A stretch of 64,000 nucleotides of DNA from Felis catus (lineage: Eukaryota): the NCBI RefSeq assembly GCF_018350175.1, contig NC_058383.1:30072001-30136000 (forward strand). The letters run 5' to 3'. The notes below the pieces were generated by a model. It was not told the DNA's origin. It did no database searches and was given only the letters and a program-made list of their open reading frames with translations. Below are positions 23,021 through 35,662 of the stretch, in pieces (position 1 is the stretch's first letter; every line of letters starts with the position of its first letter). The position numbers and the translations under genes were made by a program.

Positions 23021-24084
23021 TTGGGAAGTCAAGTTCAAGATACTCAGTTCAGGCTGGGCCATCAAGATGATCTGGGCAGCCTTCCTCAGGTAGGCTGGGT
23101 GTTGATAGATGTGTAGAAATTTTCTCTTATCCAGCTGAAGAGGTTTCCCAAACAGCCTCTGCTCAATAATTTCTCATGAGGAAAACCTTCTTCCTTCTCC
23201 AGTAGTTAGCCATGTGGATACAGTTGTTGGAAAACTTCTTGAACCTAAATATGCCTCTCTTGTCCCTAGTTCTGTGTTTTGGAAAGATCCTTTCCTTTTC
23301 ATAGAATCCCATCAGCTGCTTGAAGACAGCCCTTATGCCCCCTCTTGTCAAAAGAAACATCTTTTAATTACTCCTCATATAACTTAATATCTAGTTCCTT
23401 TATCTTTCTGGTCACCCTTTGTTGGTAAAAAGGGCCTGTACGAAGCACTTTTCTTACTATCTCCATCCTCACAACAAATCCTTTGAGAGACTATTTTTAT
23501 CCCATTTGCGAAGGAGAAAATGAAGACTCAGAAAGTAACCCACCCAAAGGAACACACCTCGCTTTTAGCTGTGAATAATAAGGCTGCCTCCTAGATTCCC
23601 ACTGATGTCATTAAAACAATTAGAGATAAAGACCTGATATACCCTTTACTACCTTTTAGCCAAGGAAAAGTATGACATAAAAAAGTAGGATGCCCTTGAG
23701 CCAATTAAGAAAATGAAGTTAAACCCCTACCTCTGACTGTGTTTGGTTTGGACCATCAAGTGGTGTTCCAAGCAGGGAGGACAGTGTTTTGGTAGAAGTG
23801 TGATATCACTGTTACGTGTAAACGGAACCCACCATCTGAAGCATGAAGCATAAGTCGCAGCTGTAATTGTGCCTGATAAATACAGCATAGCACATGCTGA
23901 GCCCCTCGTCACATCTGCCACATCCTTGCAAGCTAAGACCCCCAAAGTGTGGGACTCTGCAGGGCCCATGCCTATGTCCCTGTCTTCCTGTCTTTATGTG
24001 TTTTTATGTTTCTTCACCTCTGCCCTTTATTCTAAAAAAATGTAAAGGATTGCTCACATATTTTATGAGAAATCATACTGTAGA

Positions 24085-24290
24085 CCATAGCATAGATGGT
24101 GCCTACCAGGGGACATTTGACAAGGTCCAGGGACATTTTTGCTAGTCATACCTGGCGGTGAGGGGGTCCGTGCTACTGGCGTCAAGTAGGTGGGGGCCAG
24201 GGATGCTATGAAACATCCTACAGTGCACAGGACAGCCCCCAACAGTGTAGAATGATCCAGCCTCCAATGTCTTTGGAGGCTGAGACACTG
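24085..24290. mobile_element. MER20-like hAT-Charlie DNA transposon
   Basis: ccaggggacatttg...tgctactggcgtcaagtaggtgggggccagggatgcta...catcctacagtgcacaggacagccccc matches remembered MER20. Confidence 0.8.
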
Positions 24291-24743
24291 GCCGCAGATA
24301 CATTAGCTCTTCTGTCTCATACTCTATCCACTTTCCTCTTCTCCCTTTTCCCTTCTTCCCTTTGCTTTTCTCTTTCTCATTCTTGTCCTCTCTTTCATTC
24401 AACATCTTTCCCCTTTCAGTGATGGATAAAACACATTTTTTACTCACTGAGCAAACATGATGTCTAAAAATTCAAATGGCATTAGTTGCCAGAGGCAAAC
24501 AACATGGCGGCACTTAGGATTCCAGGGCTTGTTCAAGTGGGATGCCTACAAATGCTTCTTCCTCTGAGCTTTAGATCTGCTGGAGTTTGCAAACCAGTGA
24601 TCCCTAATAGGCAACACTAATCTTGTGTCTTGACGGATAAGAATCCAGTTACCTGGAAAGACTCAATGTTCCCCAGTCCCAAGGATCTATCTCCTGCACT
24701 AGTCAGGCACAATACCATAAATGAACATTAGATTAATGAGGAC

Positions 24744-25425
24744 TGTGTTAGTCTACTCGGACTGCCATAGCAAAGTGGCACAAACAACACACATTTATGT
24801 TCTTGCAGTTCCGGAAGCTGGAAGTCTGGGATCAAAGTGTCTGCAGGGTTATTTCTTCTGAGACCTTTCTCCTTGGTTTATAGATGGATGTCTTCTCGTT
24901 GTGTCCTCACACCATGCTGCTTCTGTGTTTATGTGTGTCCTAATCTCCAATTCTGTTTTATTTTCTTAGTTTGTGCGTCTTTATCAAGGTATACTTTGCA
25001 CATAAACATGGTATATATTTAGGGATCACAACATCATGTTTTGATATATGAAGACATGCGAAATGACCAGCACAGTCAAGGTATTTCACACATCCATCAC
25101 TTGTTCTTTTTTTATTAAAAAAATTTTTTTATGTTTTATTTATTTTTGAAAGCAAGAGAGACAGAGCCTGACACAGGGCTCGAACTCACAGATGGTGAGA
25201 TCATAACCTGAGCTGCAGTCAGATGCTTATCCGACTGAGCCACCCAAGTGCCCCTCCACCAATTGTTCTTAAAAGGATGCCAAGTGCATTGGATTAGGCC
25301 CTACCCTAGTGACCTTATTTAACCTTAATTTTCTCTTTAAAGGCCAAATATAGTCACGTTCTGACACACCAGGCACTAGGGCTTCAACATATGAATTTTG
25401 GCCAGGTGACATAATTCAGCTTCCA
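24744..25425 (-). mobile_element. MLT1A-like MaLR LTR with nested L1 3' fragment and CanSINE
   Basis: tgtgttagtctactcggactgccatagcaaa...cagttccggaagctggaagtc...ggattaggccctaccct...gggcttcaacatatgaatttt. Confidence 0.65.
25109..25254 (-). mobile_element. Internally deleted CanSINE with degenerate 16-bp TSD
   Basis: Head gccacccaagtgcccc; TSD tccatcacttgttctt (25093-25108) / tccaccaattgttctt (25255-25270). Confidence 0.88.
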
Positions 25426-25574
25426 GAAAGGACACTGGCACTTAAGTTGACCCCTTGCTAAATTGCAGATGCTCCCCTTGTATGCTAATATTTCCATCAA
25501 CTGACAGCTATGTTGATGCATAAATACTAAAATCGATCACCAAGTCATTTTAATTGAAATTCCAAAATACCTTT

Positions 25575-26076
25575 GAAATGAGTTGTTGTGTGCCCCCCCC
25601 CCCCAAATTTGTCTGTTGAAATTCTAACCCCAGTACCTCAGAATGAGTCCTTGTTGGGAAATAAGGTCTTTGCAGATGTAATTAGTTGAGATACAGTGAT
25701 GCAGGAGTAGGGTGGTGGTGGGAAGGTCTAATCCAGTATCACTGGTGTCCTTGTAAAAAGAGGAAGTTTGGACACATAGACATGCCCAGAGGAGAGACCT
25801 TGTGAAGAGACACAGAGAAAATGCGCTTTTAAGATAAAAGCAGAGGTTGGGATGATGTGGCACAAGCCAAAGAGTAGCAAAGATGAGCTTCAAGCCAGCA
25901 GGAGCTGGGAGAGAGGCACAGAAGAGATCTATCCCTCACGGCCCTCCGTAAGAGCCAGCCCTGCTCCCTCCTTGGCCTCAGAATTCTAGCCTCCAGAAAT
26001 TGTGAAATAGTACCTTTCTGTTGTTTAAGTCACCCAGTGTTGTCCTTGGTTACGGCAGCCCTAGCAAGCAAATACA
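25575..26076 (+). mobile_element. MLT1B/C-like MaLR LTR
   Basis: ctaaccccagtacctcagaatg...ggaaataaggtctttgcagatgtaattag...gttacggcagccctagcaagcaaataca. Confidence 0.8.
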
Positions 26077-28779
26077 GCTCCCCTCCTCTGTATGCGCATC
26101 CCTACAGCCAAAATTGATGTTTCATCTTTCATTGCTCAGCTGGCCTCTCACACTCAACTTCAAGCACTGGGGCCACTGTAAGACTAACACCCTGTCTTTC
26201 CATCCATTCTCCACCCATCTTCCCAGGGATCTTTCTGTAATTCAAGTGTCCCCTTGTAAGGAATCTTCACCATTACCCTTGGGATGCCAGCCAAGATCCA
26301 TCCAGCCCAACATACAAGTCCATTAATACAGTCAGTTCTCTTCCCCGAGCATCCTCTATCCAATTTTCAGATCTCAGAAGTGTCTTCTTAGGGGTCAGCA
26401 TTCATTTGGACATGAAATGAATGGCCCACTCTCAGGAGTCTGAGTGACCATCAGGAAGCTATCCAATCAGGAACTGTTTACATCTGTCTTTAAGATTGGA
26501 GATCACCAGGGTCCTCTAAGAAGACTTCACTCTCGACTCAGTGTGTGTATTTGGGATAAGAAACCCTCTCATCTGGTTTCAGCTCTTGGTCAGTGCACTT
26601 GACAATCCAGCCCTTGTCATCTCCTTGGTGGTCCATCCAAGATGGTCCCCACTGATGGAATCCAGCTAAGGCTTTAGCTCACTCATAAAAGTGTTTCTAT
26701 GATTGCATTTCTTTCTTTTTTTCTTGCTGCTGATTCTAAGCACGAATAATCGGCTTCATTATGCTGGGTTAGGAGGATGCCTTTCCACAGAAAATTACCC
26801 ACAGCAAATAAAAACAATTCCATATGGCAGCCCCATTCACTGCGAGACTAGTTAAACCTTGACCCACACAGTTTGCGCTAGCGTTTCGTCTTTCTTGTCG
26901 TCTTGGCTGTTTGCCAGCATGTTGGTGTTCTGTGTCCTCAGTGACAAACTCAATCTAGAAAATTCTTTGCAGGGATCCCTCTATCCCTAGACTTCTAGCA
27001 GTTTTTCCTATTGTGTCCTCAGGGCAGACTCTGAACCTCATGTACACTTCTCCTGGAAACCATTCGATATTCAATAAATATTTATAAAACACCTACAGTG
27101 TGGTATGCCCAGCACTCCATAGAGCCCCAGAAATGGTATACTTCTATCAAAAATGAGGCCTTTGACTCATTACTGAGTGGGTTTGTGCCTTCAGTGTTTT
27201 TTCAAGTCGTGAGTACGAGTTGTTCTAGAATGATCCCCTGTTTGTCTCCCTGTGTGATGCCAACCGAGAATGTTCCAGATACCAACCAGGACGGTTCCAG
27301 GTAGTGCCTGCTCTCAGAGAAACAGTCTCTGGCTGCCTGTAACCGAGATGGTGCATGAGCAAGAACTAAACCTCTGGTTAGAAGCCTCTGAGACTTTGGA
27401 GTCTCCTGTTTCCATGGCAGAGCCTAGACTGTCCTGACTGATGTAGAGAATTCAACATGGTTGTGTAAGTAGAATGCTTGGGGATACCTGACAGGCAGGA
27501 AGTGCTCCAGCACTGTTCACACTATTCACAAAGCATGCAGTCAAGTAGAGATGATGTCAATGCTACATTATCTGTGTGCAGCCATTCAACTGCAGTGTTA
27601 CATTTGGATGTGTTCTGGAAGATCCCACAGGTGTAGACACTTGATCAAGTTAGCTCTGTGGCACTTGCTTCCACCTAATGTGTTGTTTTGTCTGAAATTA
27701 AGCCCTCTATCTTGTCTTGAACTTATTTACTAGAACATCAATGGAAGTACTTTATTATGTGGGGTTGGCCTTAAAAGAATGTCGATAATCTCTATGGCAC
27801 CCTTTAGAAGAGAGGTCATTTCCTTTCATCACAATGGGGGCAGAGAGAAGGTGCACAGACAGTGCAAACCAGGGGTGGGGATGGGGAGTGTCCTAGATGT
27901 AAGAGGCTCCTTGCTCTAATGGCTGGGTGAAATGGCTTTGGAGTCAGAAAGACCTTTGTTCAGAATGGACTCTGCTGCTTTCTGGCTCTGTGAACCTAGG
28001 GGAACTGGTTAACCTCTTGCCACCACTGCTTCCCTTGCAAGAAATGGAGGAAAGAATAGTGCCTCTCTCAAAGAACTGTCGCAAGAATTAAATGAGATAA
28101 TGCACATAAAACGCTTGGCAAAGGACTGGCGTGTAGTAGGCTCCCAATAAATGGTCGCTGTTATTCTTATAGCAAGTTGCAGCTCAAACTGCATTTTCTG
28201 CCAAATACTCTGCAGAACCCCTTGAACTGTGAAGTTCCCATTATAACAGGAAGTAGGGAAGAAAGAAAGAAAACAGCGATGTCGATGTTGAGATGGGAAA
28301 GTGGAGATAATTTTTCTGTTATCCGTTTCCCGCCCCTTAGTCTCCCTGACAGAAGGGCTATAGGGAGAGGGAAAGAAGTCACTTAACCTTGAACTGTGCC
28401 TGAGAACTCCGTCTACAGCTACAGAATCAGCAGGACAACAAAAACAGCTCTAATTTCATTGTTTCTTCGAGGTCTTCAGGTTGCTTAAGAATTCTTCACT
28501 GGGAGAAAACAAATGAGGAAATCAACAGCAGCAGAGATGCTTAAATTGGTTTTTCCAAGGTAAAGCTGATCCAGAATGGAAATCAGGACAAGAGAAAGCC
28601 AAAACTGTTTTTCATGTTGATGCAAATGAGTGGTTCTCTTGGAACAGAGTTTGTGTGGATGTCATGAAGTTTTTACTTGCCGCTGGTTGCCTGAGATAGG
28701 AGTTTCCTTCAACCCGGAAGGATAAAGGAGAGACTCAGTTCCAAGACAGGGGTCACAGCCTCACAGCCTCCAGGATCTA

Positions 28780-29005
28780 AGGCAGAGGACTCCAAGCAGT
28801 GACCCAAAGGCTAATTCTGGCCCACATCTGATTGTATAAATGCATTTTAATTGTGACGCTGCCACACGTCTTTGTTTGCACATCGTCTGTGACCGCTTTC
28901 TCATTACAGTATTCAAGAGAAAGCGCTGCAGTGGGTGACCTGATGGCCTGCCAAGTCTAGAATGTTTACTACCTGGCCCTTTAGGGAAGTTTGCCAAGCT
29001 CTTAA
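28780..29005. mobile_element. MER58-like hAT-Charlie element
   Basis: ctggcccaca...tttactacctggccctttagggaagtttgcca resembles MER58 ends. Confidence 0.6.
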
Positions 29006-29342
29006 GAAGGAAAACCTCACTCCTTCCATGTATCTCCTTCACCCTCACTACTCTGAGACAACACTGATACCAAATGTGTGGGTTGTCCACACGTGAAACG
29101 ATTCTGTGGCACCAGCTCTGGGTCCTACAATTTAACTCATTTCTGACACTAACTACTTGGAGAGGTTGGATTGCACAGGTGAAGGTCTCAGTCCCATGAG
29201 CTGCACCCCCCTCCCCCGGCTTCCGATGCCAGTCTCAAACCCGAGTTTTTGCCACTGCTTCTGACCAACTACCTATCAATTGGAGGTTCCCATGACTCCC
29301 CACCTTGGGTTTGATTAATTTGCTCCTGGAACTCAGAGACTG

Positions 29343-29919
29343 CACTGTCGCCTTCTTTCTGCAGAGGATATGGTCTAAAACTGGAATGCCTGAAACCGCA
29401 GATAGTACCAAACCCTATGTATACTGTGCTTTTCCTACACATACACACCTATGAGAAAGTTTAATTTACAAACTAGGCACCGTCAGAGATGAATAACAAT
29501 AGCTAGTGATAAAACAGAACAATTATAATATCTTACTGCACTGTACTCACCCTTCTTGGGCTGATGATGTGAGATGATAAAATGCCTTCCTGACAGGGGT
29601 GCCTGGGTGACTCAGTCAGCTGAGTGTCCAATTTCAGTGCAGGTCACGATCTCATGGTTCATGAGTTCGAGCCCCACATTGGGCTTTCTGCTGTCAGCAC
29701 AGAGCCTGCTTTGGATCCTCTGTCTCCCTCTCTCTGCCCCTCCCCTGCTCACACTCGCTCTCTCAAAAAGAAATAAAACCCTTAAAAAATGCCTTTATGA
29801 TGGGATGAAATGAGGCAGATGAGGTACACACTGTGGTGTAGCGCTGGGTTAGTACCAACCTGACAAGATGGTGGAAGGATCCTTTGCTTCCAAACCATGA
29901 ATAAGGGATGGGACTAATG
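29343..29919. mobile_element. TcMar-Tigger (Tigger6-like) DNA transposon fossil
   Basis: gatgcctgaaaccgcagatagtaccaaaccctat-like left end and gaataagggatgggacta right end (degenerate TIRs). Confidence 0.65.
29596..29788 (+). mobile_element. CanSINE
   Basis: ggggtgcctgggtgactcagtc head, CT tract, A tail; aaaatgcctt repeated on both sides. Confidence 0.92.
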
Positions 29920-30129
29920 TCCTTGCATTCACCGGTTTATTACAAGTGATATGGTAAAGGATACAAGTGAACCATCAGGTGAAGAGATAGATAAAAGTGA
30001 GGTCCAGAAGGGTCCCACATGCCAGAGTTTCTGTCCCCATGGGTAGCATTAGGGTGCTCCACCCTCCTGGCACGTGGATGTAGTCACCAACATGGAAGCT
30101 CACCAAATCTTGCTCAAGAGGTTTTGTTA

Positions 30130-30332
30130 CTTTTTTTTTTTAACGTTACTCAGTTTTGAGAGACAGAGCCAGAGTGCAAGCAGGGGAGGGGCAATGAAAG
30201 AGGAGACAGAGACTCCGAAGCAGGCTCTGGGCTCTGAGCTGTCAATGCAGAACCCAACGTGGGGCTCAAACCCATGAGCCCAGACGTGGGCTGAAGTCAG
30301 CGGCTTAGCCAACTGAGACACCCAGGTGCCCC
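30130..30332 (-). mobile_element. CanSINE
   Basis: Reverse-complement head acacccaggtgcccc and T-rich tail. Confidence 0.92.
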
Positions 30333-30514
30333 TCAAGAATTTTTATAGAGCTTAACCTGGCACTTCCTTCCCTTTTTGCTTCCCTGAGGGTTATGGGTGG
30401 GGTTGAAAGTTCCAGTCCTCTAATCACTTGGTCTTTCTAGTAGACAGAGGCTCTCAGAGGCCCCACCCTGGTCTCATTGGCGTAAACTCTGGTGTGCTCA
30501 GAAGGGGCTCCTTA

Positions 30515-30736
30515 GGGGTGCCTGGGTGGCTCAGTTGGTTAAGCATCTGACTCTTGATTTTGATTCAGGTCATGATGTCACGGTTTGTGAGTTTGAGCCA
30601 CGGGTCAGGCTCTGCACTAACATCACAGAGCCTGCTTGAGATTCTCTCTCTCTCTCCCCTTCTCTGTGCCCCTTCCCCACTCATTCTATTCTATTCTATT
30701 CTATTCTATTCTATTCTATTCTATTCTATTCTATTC

Positions 30737-30792
<56 letters not shown>

Positions 30793-30818
30793 GTAGATAA
30801 ATAAACTTTAACAAAAAA
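30515..30818 (+). mobile_element. CanSINE with expanded (TTCTA)n and (CT)n tract
   Basis: ggggtgcctgggtggctcag head; pentamer and CT repeats at ~30683-30789. Confidence 0.92.
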
Positions 30819-31353
30819 GGTGGGAGGGCTCCTTGTGAATAACAAAAGACACTCCTGTCTCTCAGGCAATTCCAAGGGTTTTAGGAGATAAGTGCTGGGA
30901 ACTGGGGACAAGAGCCAAATGTTTTTCTTATATACCACCCCCCTGGCCTAAGCCAAGACCAGTTAGGGACTTCTTTTGACAGAATGTGACTGGGACTAAA
31001 GGAGTAATGATGTCTGTTACCAAGTGTTGTATGATTCATTATTTCTAGTTTTGTCATCGTCCCCATTGGCTTCTGTTACTGTTGCCTTGAAAGAAGGATG
31101 AAGTCTTTGGCACTGATTCAGAAAAGACAATGCAGAAAAGCATGGAAGCCAGTGATGTGGCCAGAGGTGACCAAAACCAAGGCAACACTGGAGTAGTAAA
31201 TGAGAAGGGACTGGCAACAATGAAGTGATTGAATTCTGGAACACTTGGATTCACTTTGTACAAGTTTATTGAGTGCCAGCTATGTGCTGAGCCCTGGGAC
31301 AGACTGCTTATTAGTGAAGTACTCAGGAGAGGGGTGGATCTCTTGCAGTTACA

Positions 31354-31895
31354 CAGAATGGGGTTATGTGATAGGCAAGATTCTAACATGCCCCCCCCCA
31401 GATTCCTGCCCTCCCCCATAAATACTCTATATAATCCCCTCCATTTGAGAGTGGGTGGGCCTCGCGTATATGGTTACATGATTAGGTCACTCATCACCTG
31501 ACTTCATCAAATGAGAGAGCATCTGGGTAAGCCTGACCTAATCAGGTGAGTCTTGAAAAAAGACAGGGCTCTTTCCATAAAGAGAGTCAAAACAGGAGAA
31601 GGACTCACTGTGCCCTTACTGGCTTAAAGATGGGGAGACAGGTGGTGAGGAATGGAGGTGGTCTCTTGGCGCTGGGAGCAGCCCTTGGCTGCAAGGCAAG
31701 GAAACAAACATGGCAGTCTTACGGTTGCAAGGAACTGAATTCAGCCAACAGTCTGAGCTTGGAAGTCACTTCATACCCAGAGCCTCCACAGTGGAACACA
31801 GCTAAGCCAACACCTTGTTTCAGCCTCATGAGACCCTGAGCAGACAACTCAGCCATACCATGCATGGACTTTGTTTTCAGTGCCTATGATAACTT
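31354..31895 (+). mobile_element. MLT1E/F-like MaLR LTR
   Basis: tgtgataggcaagattctaacatgcccc...gcaaggaactgaattcagccaaca...tgagaccctgagcaga. Confidence 0.7.
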
Positions 31896-34800
31896 GTTGT
31901 GTAGAACCAACACAGGGGAAATAGGTTGTTTTGAGTATTAAATGAAAGGCTGGTGCCACAAAGCTGAAGAACTTAGAGATGATTTGGGTAAATGCTGAGT
32001 CTCTCTTGGAGATGCTGAAAACAGATCTGGAGGATATAAAACACAATTTAACAATGAGTATCTTTGGGGGAAGGGTAGATTGTATGGGGTTATTTCTTCC
32101 CTTTGCTTTTCTCTCCCTTTGAATATGTCTCACTTTTGTGACAAGACAAAAATAAAGAAAACAATGTCCAGGTAAACACAAGACAGATGTCAGGTGGACA
32201 GAGCCCGGTGGTGTCTCTGCAGAGTGAGTACACAAAAATTTCTGCACTGCCTGGCAGATCAAAGCTTCGTTTGCCTCAGGCAAACATTTGAATATCTGAG
32301 CCCTGTCAGCTCATGGATGCTGTTCAGAGAAGATACCCAGAGCAATATCTTGGACTTGATAGAGCCCTCTCATTTCAGGGGTAAGAGAACTGGTTCTGGA
32401 GAGACTACATTATTTACTCAAGTCCACACAACAGATTCACAGTAAGTTAGGATAGGAGCCCACACTCACCAACTTCAAGTCCTGGACACCATCCTCTTTA
32501 CTCCAGAGTTACCATAAGAACATTTGATTTTAGAGCTGGCAGGAAGCTTCCTGCTCATCTGGAGTGAGACCCTCACCAGACAGATGAGGAAACAGAGACA
32601 CAGGACCCATGAAATGATCGTGCTAAGAACCCTGGCCAGATAGTGGAAGTTACAGGGTGAGAATTCAAACTTCACTCTGCAATCCAGTTGTCTTATATCA
32701 ACTGTTTCCAAGGTGGTTTTCTCCAGTCTACTGGAATATTCACAACATTAAGAAACCCCATTTTATTTATTCATTCTTTCATTCATTCATTCATTCATTC
32801 ATTCACTTACTCACTCACCTGACTCTTCTGGTGGGGAGTAACACACATGTGCCCCTTGCATTGTGCTTTTGCCTGAGGATATATGTTATATGCACCCCCC
32901 CAAATTTGAAGGCTCCCTGTACCTCAGTGATGGTTCTAGGGGAACATGTGCACAATGCATTTGAGTGTGACATCAAAGGCCACATTTTACTAGTGGGTGG
33001 GCCTGGGTCCTTGACGAGTACCCTCTCCTGGGGACCCTTTCCCGTGCCCTCCACAGAAAGGCCAACCAAGCAACACCAGCTCAGACCTGGCTCTGCAGAT
33101 GCAGTCCTGTTAGAAAATAGAGTGAGCAAAAAAACCCCACGTGAAAGTTTGGACCCCACATGGGCATTCCTATGCTTGTCAGGCATTTCGGTTTTTTTCC
33201 CTGCCTCCTGCCGATCAGACATTTCTTTCAGTGTGACTGGAAAGGATCTGCTCCAACCTGGGATTTGTTTATGCAGATGCCCCAAGGCAACTGACGAAGT
33301 GGAAAACACGACCCATGAGAGATTTTATGAGATTTCAGGCAAGAGTTGTGTAGTAGAATGGGCTGGAAGAAAGGGAAGAGAACTATTTGCTCATACACAC
33401 TGCATGGCACACATTGCCCTGGGTCCTTTGACATACCCCAAGATAATATAAATTAAAATGTACTGAATGTTTACTGTGTTCATTGGACGAAGTCCATGGA
33501 GCCCAAGGATGGCACATCAGAATTGTGTGGAGTTCAGAAAGAGCATCACCTGGCACAGTCCATGAATGTTGAGCTCCAACCAAATATATGTCATCTCGGA
33601 AGGGAAAGGTTCACTTCCAAGTGCTCTCTAGGTTTGCATTAATTAGTGCCAGTTTAATCAGCATTGAAAAATGGTGTGGAAACAGACTCTGTCCTCGCCT
33701 GGTGTGTGGGAAGAATAGAGAGTGGATCACTGCTTTTCCCTGAAGCAAATCTGAGCTTGTTGGCTTGGAGTAGCCATAACACCATCTTGTGAGCAGACTC
33801 AGTGTCTGTCTGAGACGATTTCACAGTGTTTGTCATCTGCAGGACCTCAGTTGTTCCCAGACAAGGCTGACTATGATACATCCTGATGCTGGAGAGGAAA
33901 TGAGTGTGGGGGTGGGGGTCAGGGACAGTTCACCACACCAGTGCATTTCTTGGGGGTAATTCCAATTTCTTGAGATCTCCAATCCCATCTTTCCCCCATC
34001 CCTCTCTCTTTCCATTGTGGCCATACTTTTATTGGTTTCTCTAGTGAAACACCCTTTCTCTTATTTCGGTGCATCTGAAACAGCTCTTTCTCCTACATGG
34101 AGTATTTCTACCCTCCTTAACATCGCTTCTCCCACAAATGATCTGTGCTAACACAAGCTGCTTCCAGGCTCAGGTAAAATGTCACTTCTTCAGGGGAAGT
34201 CATTTCGGACTCCTTCATCCCCTAAGATTAGCTTAGATCCTGTGGCATGTTTCCTCCTCACCTCCAGGCTTCCCTCACCTCCAGGCTCCGTGAGGGGAAC
34301 ATCACCTCTCCCTGCTTAGCTAAATATCCCACATGACCCGTGGTGAAAAGCACACAATGGACCTAGAGTCACCACCTGTTGAGTGAGTTTTGCATCACGT
34401 TCTTATCAACAGTGGTAGGGATAGTGTGGCTTTCAGTAAACATTCACAGGTTAAAACAGAACAGAGGTTAATAGCTCTGCCTAGTGGGCCAGATCCAGCC
34501 TGCCCCTTGGTTTTATTGGAAGTGGTTTTATTGGAACACAGTGATGACCATTTGTTTATGGGATAGTCTATGGCTTATCTTGTGCTACAAAAGCAGACTT
34601 GGGTAGCTGCAGCAAAGACTATTTACTCTGGCCAATTCCTGGTCTAGATTTTTTTTTTCAAGTACAAAGAGATATAAAGTAAATAACCACTCTCAAATGC
34701 TTCCTCTCCTTTTGGTTACTGAATCCCTTCCTATAACCACATTCAGTCTTCTCATTAATCTTTAAACTCCTGAGTTCCATGCCTTACACACTAAAAATGG

Positions 34801-35662
34801 CTAGAGTTTAAAAATTTTTAATGTTTAGGAGAAAATAATTGTATCTCGGGCCAAAAGTCATTCAGAAACATTTCTAACTTTGAGATTTCTTCCACCCTCT
34901 GCTTCTTCCCTGCCTAATTAAATTTACTAACTTCCAAGGCACAGATCAAATTTTCCTCTTCCTGGAGCCCTTCACTTCTTTCGGGCTCTCAGAATGCCTC
35001 TTCCTCTGAGGTTATTCCTATAAAACTTAATGCATGAGCCATTTATTTGTGGTTCCCTGGTGACAGCTTTTATGTTGCCTTATGCCATTATTTAATATAT
35101 ATTAATTTTATTTTCCCAATTAGAAGCTAAACCCCTGAGGGTGAGGTCATTAAGTACAAAGCTTGAACTAAAACTGTTATCAAATGTAATTTGTGTCTTC
35201 ATGATCCAACTTGTACACATGGGCTTATAGAAGATTGAAGATCCACATTTCTCTAGTTTTTCTTTGACTACTCAGAAAGAGCCACCAAGCCCCCTCGCGT
35301 ACATCTGGGAATCTCCCAAGGCTGGTCTCATTTGTGCTCATTAACCAGGCTGTCAGCAGAATGCTGTGTGGTATGCAATGTGTTCCTTCTCTTTGGCTCT
35401 GCCCTTTGCTGTGGATTCTGCCTCTTGGGTTGGGCAGATGTCTCAGTGGAACCATGCCAAGTGTACTGTCTCCTGTGTTCTTAAGGTTGGTTTGAGACTT
35501 GCAGGACTTAAGATACTAGAGCCATATTGTATATCTGTGGGGTCATGCAAAAGGTAAAGAGAATCATCCACCCCCTCCTGCGGTTCTCCAGGGCTCAGAC
35601 AGGAGTCTCTGGGGCTGGTTGGGGGATCCAAGCTGACTCTTTGTTATGTACTTCATTTCAAC

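Larger units (their letters stand above)
29030..30935. mobile_element. MER21-like LTR split by a Tigger element and three CanSINEs
   Basis: caccagctctgggtcctacaattt...ctcagtcccatgagctgc before 29340 resumes at ~29920 with gaggtccagaagggtccc...gcacgtggatgt...catggaagctc. Confidence 0.65.

Noticed and set aside
32657..33451. Longest ORF in the window (264 aa) with an overlapping 164-aa antisense ORF
   Set aside because: GTG start, spans a (TTCA)n repeat, no recognisable motif or exon structure; probably chance. PhyloCSF or BLASTP would settle it.
34256..34287. Short direct repeats (15 nt here; 17 nt at 61712-61747) as array or att sites
   Set aside because: Two-copy local slippage duplications in mammalian DNA; no spacer array or associated genes.
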